A DNA stretch of 64,000 bases, taken from the NCBI GenBank assembly GCA_963666565.1, contig OY762911.1:3168001-3232000 (forward strand), written 5' to 3'. The position numbers were made by a program, and so were the translations under genes. A model generated the notes under the pieces. The model worked only from the letters and a program-made list of their open reading frames with translations, ran no database searches and was not told where the DNA came from. Shown here one piece after another: positions 59,089 through 64,000 of this stretch (position 1 is the stretch's first letter; every line of letters starts with the position of its first letter). Origin of the DNA: Thermoanaerobaculia bacterium. GTDB lineage: Bacteria; Acidobacteriota; Thermoanaerobaculia; Multivoradales; Multivoraceae.

Positions 59089-60705
59089 TCAGTCGTCGAT
59101 CAGTTCGAGCGCGATTCCCCGCGCTTCCTCGAGCGTGCCGGCGCGGCGATCCGGAGGAACGTCGCGGAGAATGTCGAGCGTCCCGAGAGTCCGTGCGACG
59201 GATCCGTCCAGACCGCAGACGACGACGCCGGTCCCCTCCGCCCCGGCGACGTCCAGCAGGCGCCGGATGACCATCGCCGCGCTGTCGTCCAGGTAGACGG
59301 CTTCCGAGAAGTCGAAGATGACGACCTCGTGGTCCTTGATGTCGCCGCCGATCACGGTCGACAGCTTGTTCGAGGAGGCGACCGTCAGGGTTCCCTTGAG
59401 CGCGACCAGGCCGACCCGCGCCGTGAACGGGTCGACCGCCGCCCGCTCCTCGCCTTCGCTGAAGAAGGTCCGGTCGAGCAGCGGCACGGAGACCACGCTG
59501 TCCAGTTCCAGACCCTCCAGCCGCCGGGCGTGCGCCATGCCGGCCGCGATCAGGCCGACGGCGACCGCCGTGACCAGGTCGACGAAGACCGTCAGGCCCA
59601 GCGTCAGCAGCATGACGAAGAGGTGCTCGCGGCGGATCCGGTGGACGCGGACGATCAGCGGCCAGTCGATGATGTCCCACCCCACCTTCATCATGATCGC
59701 CGCCAGCACGGCGTGGGGAATCGGCTCGACCAGCGGTCCCAGGCCGAGGGCGAGGAGCAGCAGGAAGATCGCCCGCAACGCCCCGGACACGGGCGTCGAG
59801 CCGCCGGCGCGGATGTTGACGACCGTACCCATCGTGGCGCCGGCGCCTGGCAGGCCCCCGACCAGCCCGGAGATCATGTTGCCGATGCCCTGGCCGACGA
59901 GTTCGCGGTTCGGCTTGTGGCGGGTGCCGGTCAGCGAGTCCGCCACCAGCGAGGTCAGCAGGCTGTCCACCGATCCCAGCAGGGCGAGAATCAGCGCGGG
60001 CTGGAACGCCTGGAGCAGGAAGGCCGCACTCGGCAGGCCGATCTTCAGCGTCGGCAGGCCGGTCGGCACCTCGCCCAGAACCGGCGCCCCCGTCAGCCAC
60101 AGGACGCCCATTGCCGAGCCGACCAGGAGGGCGAGCAGGGGTCCCGGCAGGAAACGCGCCAGTCTGCGCGGCCACAGGAAGCCCGCCGCGAGGGTGATCG
60201 CGCCGATCGCGACCGCGTCCAGGTTCGCCGCGCCCAGGGTCTCCGGAACGGCCCGGACGGCGCCCAGGGCCCCTCCCGGCGCGGGCGGCGCGCCGAGGAA
60301 CGGCAGGACCTGGATCAGGATGACGATGACGCCGATCCCGGACATGAACCCGGAGACGACGACGTAGGGCGTGTACACGACGAAGCGGCCGATCCTCGCC
60401 AGGCCCAGGAGCATCTGGAGCAGGCCGCCGAGAACGACGACGGTCAGCGCCTCCGTCAGGTTGGAGGCGTGGGTCGTCAGGATGACCGTCATGGCGACGG
60501 TCATCGGCGCCGTGGGGCCCGAGATCTGGGACCGCGTGCCGCCGAACACGGCGGCGAAGAAGCCCACCGCGATGGCCCCGTGCAGGCCCGCGACGGCGCC
60601 CATCCCGGAGGCCACGCCCAGCGCCAGCGCGACCGGCAGCGCGACGACGGTGGCGGTCAGCGCCCCGAACAGGTCGCCCCTGAGCGTCGCGGCGTCGTAC
60701 TTCAC
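59089..60705 (-). CDS. SulP family inorganic anion transporter with STAS domain (BicA-like)
   Basis: RGDLFGALTATVVALPVALA, QISGPTAPM, VVSGFMSGIG, NRELVGQGIGN, GAGATMGT, STAS IFDFSEAVYLDDS. Confidence 0.93.
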   Translation of the reverse strand: MKYDAATLRGDLFGALTATVVALPVALALGVASGMGAVAGLHGAIAVGFFAAVFGGTRSQISGPTAPMTVAMTVILTTHASNLTEALTVVVLGGLLQMLLGLARIGRFVVYTPYVVVSGFMSGIGVIVILIQVLPFLGAPPAPGGALGAVRAVPETLGAANLDAVAIGAITLAAGFLWPRRLARFLPGPLLALLVGSAMGVLWLTGAPVLGEVPTGLPTLKIGLPSAAFLLQAFQPALILALLGSVDSLLTSLVADSLTGTRHKPNRELVGQGIGNMISGLVGGLPGAGATMGTVVNIRAGGSTPVSGALRAIFLLLLALGLGPLVEPIPHAVLAAIMMKVGWDIIDWPLIVRVHRIRREHLFVMLLTLGLTVFVDLVTAVAVGLIAAGMAHARRLEGLELDSVVSVPLLDRTFFSEGEERAAVDPFTARVGLVALKGTLTVASSNKLSTVIGGDIKDHEVVIFDFSEAVYLDDSAAMVIRRLLDVAGAEGTGVVVCGLDGSVARTLGTLDILRDVPPDRRAGTLEEARGIALELIDD

Positions 60706-60812
60706 GCGGGAGACGCTCCGGCCCGCCGTTCGGGGGCTCCGTTTCGTCCTCTGGCGCTCATCCTCCCTCAGGTCCCCTCGGCCGGCGAACGCCATGCTAC
60801 ATTCCCGCCGCC

Positions 60813-61688
60813 ATGAACGTCCTCGAAGGCCTCCCCCGGCCCCGCCGCGGCAAGGTCCGGGACATCTACGACCTCGGCGACCGGCTGCTGCTGGTGGCCA
60901 GCGACCGGGTCTCCGCCTACGACTTCGTCCTCTCGCCGGAGATTCCCGGCAAGGGCAAGGTGCTGAACCAGTTGACCAACTTCTGGTTCGAGCGGCTCGG
61001 CGACGTCATCCCGAATCACCTGCTGGAGACGGACGTGCGCGGCTTCCCCGCCGAGCTCCAGCCGCACGCCGGCTACCTCGACGGGCGCTCCGTCCTGGTG
61101 CGGAAGGCGGAGGTCGTCCCCTTCGAGTGCGTGGCGCGCGGATACCTCGCGGGCAGCGCCTTCCGCGAGTACGAGGAGACCGGGCGCGCCTGCGGCCACG
61201 ACCTGCCGGCCGGGATGCGGCGGGCCGAGAAACTCGAGCGGGCGATCTTCACCCCGGCGACGAAGGCCGAGGAAGGCCACGACGAGAACATCGACTACGA
61301 GACCCTGGTCGAAGGCGTCGGCGAGGAACTGGCGGCGACCCTCCGCCGCGTGACCCTCGAGCTCTACGAGCGGGGGCGGGAACTCGCCGCCGGCCGCGGC
61401 GTGATCCTGGCCGACACGAAGTTCGAGTTCGGGCACGTCGAGGGCCGGCTCGTCCTGATCGACGAGGTGCTGACCCCCGACTCGTCCCGCTACTGGGACG
61501 CGGGCCAGTGGCGCCCCGGCACCGAGCCCGTCTCCTACGACAAGCAGCCCGTCCGCGACTGGGTCGCCGGCACCGGCTGGGACAAGGCCTCGCCGCCCCC
61601 CGAACTGACGCCCGACGTCGTCGCCGAAACGAGCGCACGCTACGTCGACGCCTTCCGGCGCGTCACCGGCCGCGACCCGGTCCTGTAG
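60813..61688 (+). CDS. purC: Phosphoribosylaminoimidazolesuccinocarboxamide synthase
   Basis: GKVRDIY, SDRVSAYD, IPGKG, ECVARGYLAGS, FTPATKA..GHDENI, ADTKFEFG, DEVLTPDSSRYW. Confidence 0.97.
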   Translation: MNVLEGLPRPRRGKVRDIYDLGDRLLLVASDRVSAYDFVLSPEIPGKGKVLNQLTNFWFERLGDVIPNHLLETDVRGFPAELQPHAGYLDGRSVLVRKAEVVPFECVARGYLAGSAFREYEETGRACGHDLPAGMRRAEKLERAIFTPATKAEEGHDENIDYETLVEGVGEELAATLRRVTLELYERGRELAAGRGVILADTKFEFGHVEGRLVLIDEVLTPDSSRYWDAGQWRPGTEPVSYDKQPVRDWVAGTGWDKASPPPELTPDVVAETSARYVDAFRRVTGRDPVL

Positions 61689-61793
61689 CCGTCAGTACGT
61701 CGCCCGCCGGGTGCGCGCGTCCGCCATCCGTGCGAGCGTCGGTCGGGCGCACGGACCGGTTCACGGGCGGCGCGAAACGCGCCACCCGGGTGC

Positions 61794-61819
61794 CTGACCC
61801 GCTGCCGCCGAAGCCGGCC
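61794..61819. repeat. Partial copy of the REPIN-like element
   Basis: CTGACCCGCTGCCGCCGAAG identical to 18106-18125. Confidence 0.6.
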
Positions 61820-61913
61820 AGAGAGAACGCGCCGCGCAGCGGCGGCCTTGCCGGCGCGGCAGGCGGAGTTCCCCCTCAGCTACGTTGAGAAGCGATCTCG
61901 TTAGCATTGAGTC

Positions 61914-62460
61914 ATGACAGAACCGGCGAGCGAATCGCACTCGGCCAGCATCCGCACGCCGGAACGCCTCGACCGGGCGCTCACCGTCACCACGCCCAAG
62001 ACGTGGATCATGCTGGCGGCGCTGATCGCGGGGCTGGCGATCGTCGTCGCCTGGTCGATCCTCGGCGAGGTGGCGACCTAGGTCCGCGCGGACGGCATCT
62101 TCCTCAGCAGCGACGGCCAGGTCCTGGACATCGTCGCGACCTCCGGCGGCACGCTGAACCGGATCGTCCCCGAGGTCGGCGACATGCTTGCCGTCGGCGA
62201 CCTGGTGGCGGAGACCTTCGACGCCGGAGAGATGGAGCAGCGGCGCGGCGCCGCGGCCGCCGTCGAGGAGCGGCTGAAGGTCCTGCGCGAGCGGGAAGCC
62301 GCGGCCTGGGCCGAGAACGAGCTGTTCGAGCAGAACCTGAGGGAGCAGCGGGAGCGGCTCGGCAGGATGGTCGACGCGGGCAACGAGCTTCTGGCGAACG
62401 CCCGGGCGCGCCTGGAGGGCACCGAGCAACTCGCGGCCGAGGGCGAGTTCGCTCCCAACC
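61914..62460 (+). pseudogene. NHLP bacteriocin system secretion (HlyD-like) protein, interrupted and truncated
   Basis: RTPERLDRALTVTTPKTW..L..L....VAWSILGEVAT*VRADGI..SSDGQV.DI.ATSGGTL....EVGD; in-frame TAG 62079-62081; C-terminal half absent. Confidence 0.8.
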
Positions 62461-63074
62461 TGAAGGGCGCCGGGCGCCGGCGCGTGCCGCCGGTGCTGCA
62501 GATGGAGTCGGTCGAGTGCGGCGCGGCCTGCCTCGGGATGATCCTCACCCACGGCGCGCTGATCTGGCTTCAGCGAACCCTGCTGGCCCGCATGGCGACC
62601 AAGCTCGCGATGGTCGCGTCGGTGCGGTTCGTCTGGCACGTCGTCAGCCTGCCGATGCAGTTCTTCAGCCAACGCAGCCTGGGCGACATCGCGTCCCGCA
62701 TCGCGTCGAACGACACGGTCGCGAGGCTGCTCTCGGACGGCCTGGCCGTCAACCTGCTCCGGGCGGCCGTCTACGGCGTCGCGATGTTCGCCTACGACGT
62801 CCCGCTGTCGCTGGCGGTGACCGCCTTCGTCGCCGTCAACCTGGTCGTCATGCGGCTCACCGCCCGGTACCGCGACATCGCGAACCGCAACGTGGTGAAG
62901 GACCACGGGCGCCTGGCCGGCGCGTCGGTCGCCGGCATCGACATGATCGAGACGCTCAAGGGCACCGGCGCCGAAGACGACTTCCTGGCGCGCCGGGCCG
63001 GCATCCAGGCGAACCTGCTGGGCGGCCAGCACCGGGTCGGCACCGTCGAGAGAGCGACGAGGACACGGAGGTGA
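62461..63074 (+). pseudogene. NHLP bacteriocin ABC transporter peptidase/ATP-binding protein fragment
   Basis: RRVPPVLQMESVECGAACLGMIL (C39 start) joined directly to the TM segment F.WH...LP..FFSQR..GDIASR...ND..IETLKG.G.EDDF; most of the C39 domain and the whole NBD are missing. Confidence 0.82.
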
Positions 63075-64000
63075 CGGCCGTCTACACGCCGACCGCGCTG
63101 CTGACGGACCGGCTCTGGCATGCGTTCGACCGCTTCGGCACGCTCGTGCTGAAGCTGGCGGCCGCAGCCGACGTCCGGGACGGCGAGGCGCTCGCCGAGC
63201 GGCGGCGCGCGCAGGCCGCTGGCGGCGGTGTTCTACGCGCCCCTGCCGGAGGTCGTCAAGGGCGTCGCGCAGCTCGCGCGCTTCGCCCTGCACGGCAGGT
63301 GGGCGGACGGCCGTGCCGCCGTCGCGAGCACGGTCCTCGGCGGGCTCGCCGCGATGGTCGCGCCGATCCTCACCGGGCAGTTCCTGACCGAGATCGTCCC
63401 GCGCGGCGAGGCGTCGGCCTGGCTGGCCGCGATCGGCGCGCTGGTCGCCGTCGCGCTCGGCAGCGGCGTCTTCCAGATCGTGCGCGGCCTGGCGATGCTG
63501 CGCATCCAGAGCCGGTTCGACCAGCGCGCGGCCGCTGCGGTCTGGGGCCGGCTGATGACGCTGCCGACCCGGTTCTTCCGGAACTACAGCGCCGGCGACC
63601 TGGCGCTCCGGGCCGGCGGCACGAACACGATCCGCCGGGCGCTCACCAGCGCCGGCGCCTCGGCTGCCACGGGCCTGGCCTCCACCGTGTTCAGCCTCGT
63701 GCTGCTCTTCTACCTCAGTTGGCCGATGGCGCTGCTGGTGACGTTCCTGCTGACCCTCCAGTCGGCGACGATGTGGCTGCTCACGCTCGGCAGGCTGCGC
63801 CACGAGCGCCGGAGCCAGCGCCTGGCGGGCGAACTGAACGGCTTCGTCCTCCAGGTGCTGCGCGGCCTCGCCAAGCTGCGCGTGGCTAACGCCGAGAACC
63901 AACTGCTGGACCGCTGGGCGCGCCAGTACGGCGAGTGGAGGCGGGAGAAGCTGGCCGGCGCGGACTGGACGGCGGCTGGCGAGGCCTTCATGGCGGCGGC
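63071..64000 (+). pseudogene. Second NHLP bacteriocin ABC transporter permease/ATPase, shortened and frameshifted N-terminus, runs off the window
   Basis: From 63228: VFYAPLP...LARFAL...MVAPILTG..AAVWGRLMTLPTRFFRNYSAGDLA.RA...GLAKLRVANAE...RWA; the upstream piece from GTG 63071 is in another frame. Confidence 0.75.

Noticed and set aside
62079-62081. In-frame TAG as programmed read-through (pyrrolysine or recoding)
   Set aside because: TAG is a normal stop elsewhere in the window (recJ, lptB, etfA, purC), no pyl genes are seen, and the locus has other deletions and a frameshift indicating decay.

Overview
Very GC-rich bacterial chromosome window, most likely Acidobacteriota (inferred from an acidobacterial-type VWA protein, fused LptF-LptG, a long LptC/LptA-type protein and gene order). 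It opens inside a giant (>2486 aa) Ig-repeat surface protein. A mostly housekeeping region follows: Nramp-like and sugar ABC transporters, TonB receptor, ahcY, LysM transglycosylase, rsmD, der, ribH-nusB-lptE, rpsT, tol-pal, etfBA, metK, lptFG, parB, miaB, the lptCA-lptB-rpoN-ptsN-rapZ-ptsH-ptsI cluster, recJ, priA, carD, TolC, SulP and purC, plus three tRNAs. It ends in a collapsed NHLP-bacteriocin export operon. The most unusual non-coding features are: (1) four tandem 91-bp tRNA-derived units, each ending in CCA, behind tRNA-Leu(CAA); (2) three sigma54 -24/-12 sites in exact 17-bp phase abutting the rpoN start; (3) about 11 genes with a -10 hexamer 6-9 nt before the start codon, suggesting widespread leaderless translation; and (4) a dispersed REP/REPIN-like repeat family. 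All calls are by eye; no database searches were run.
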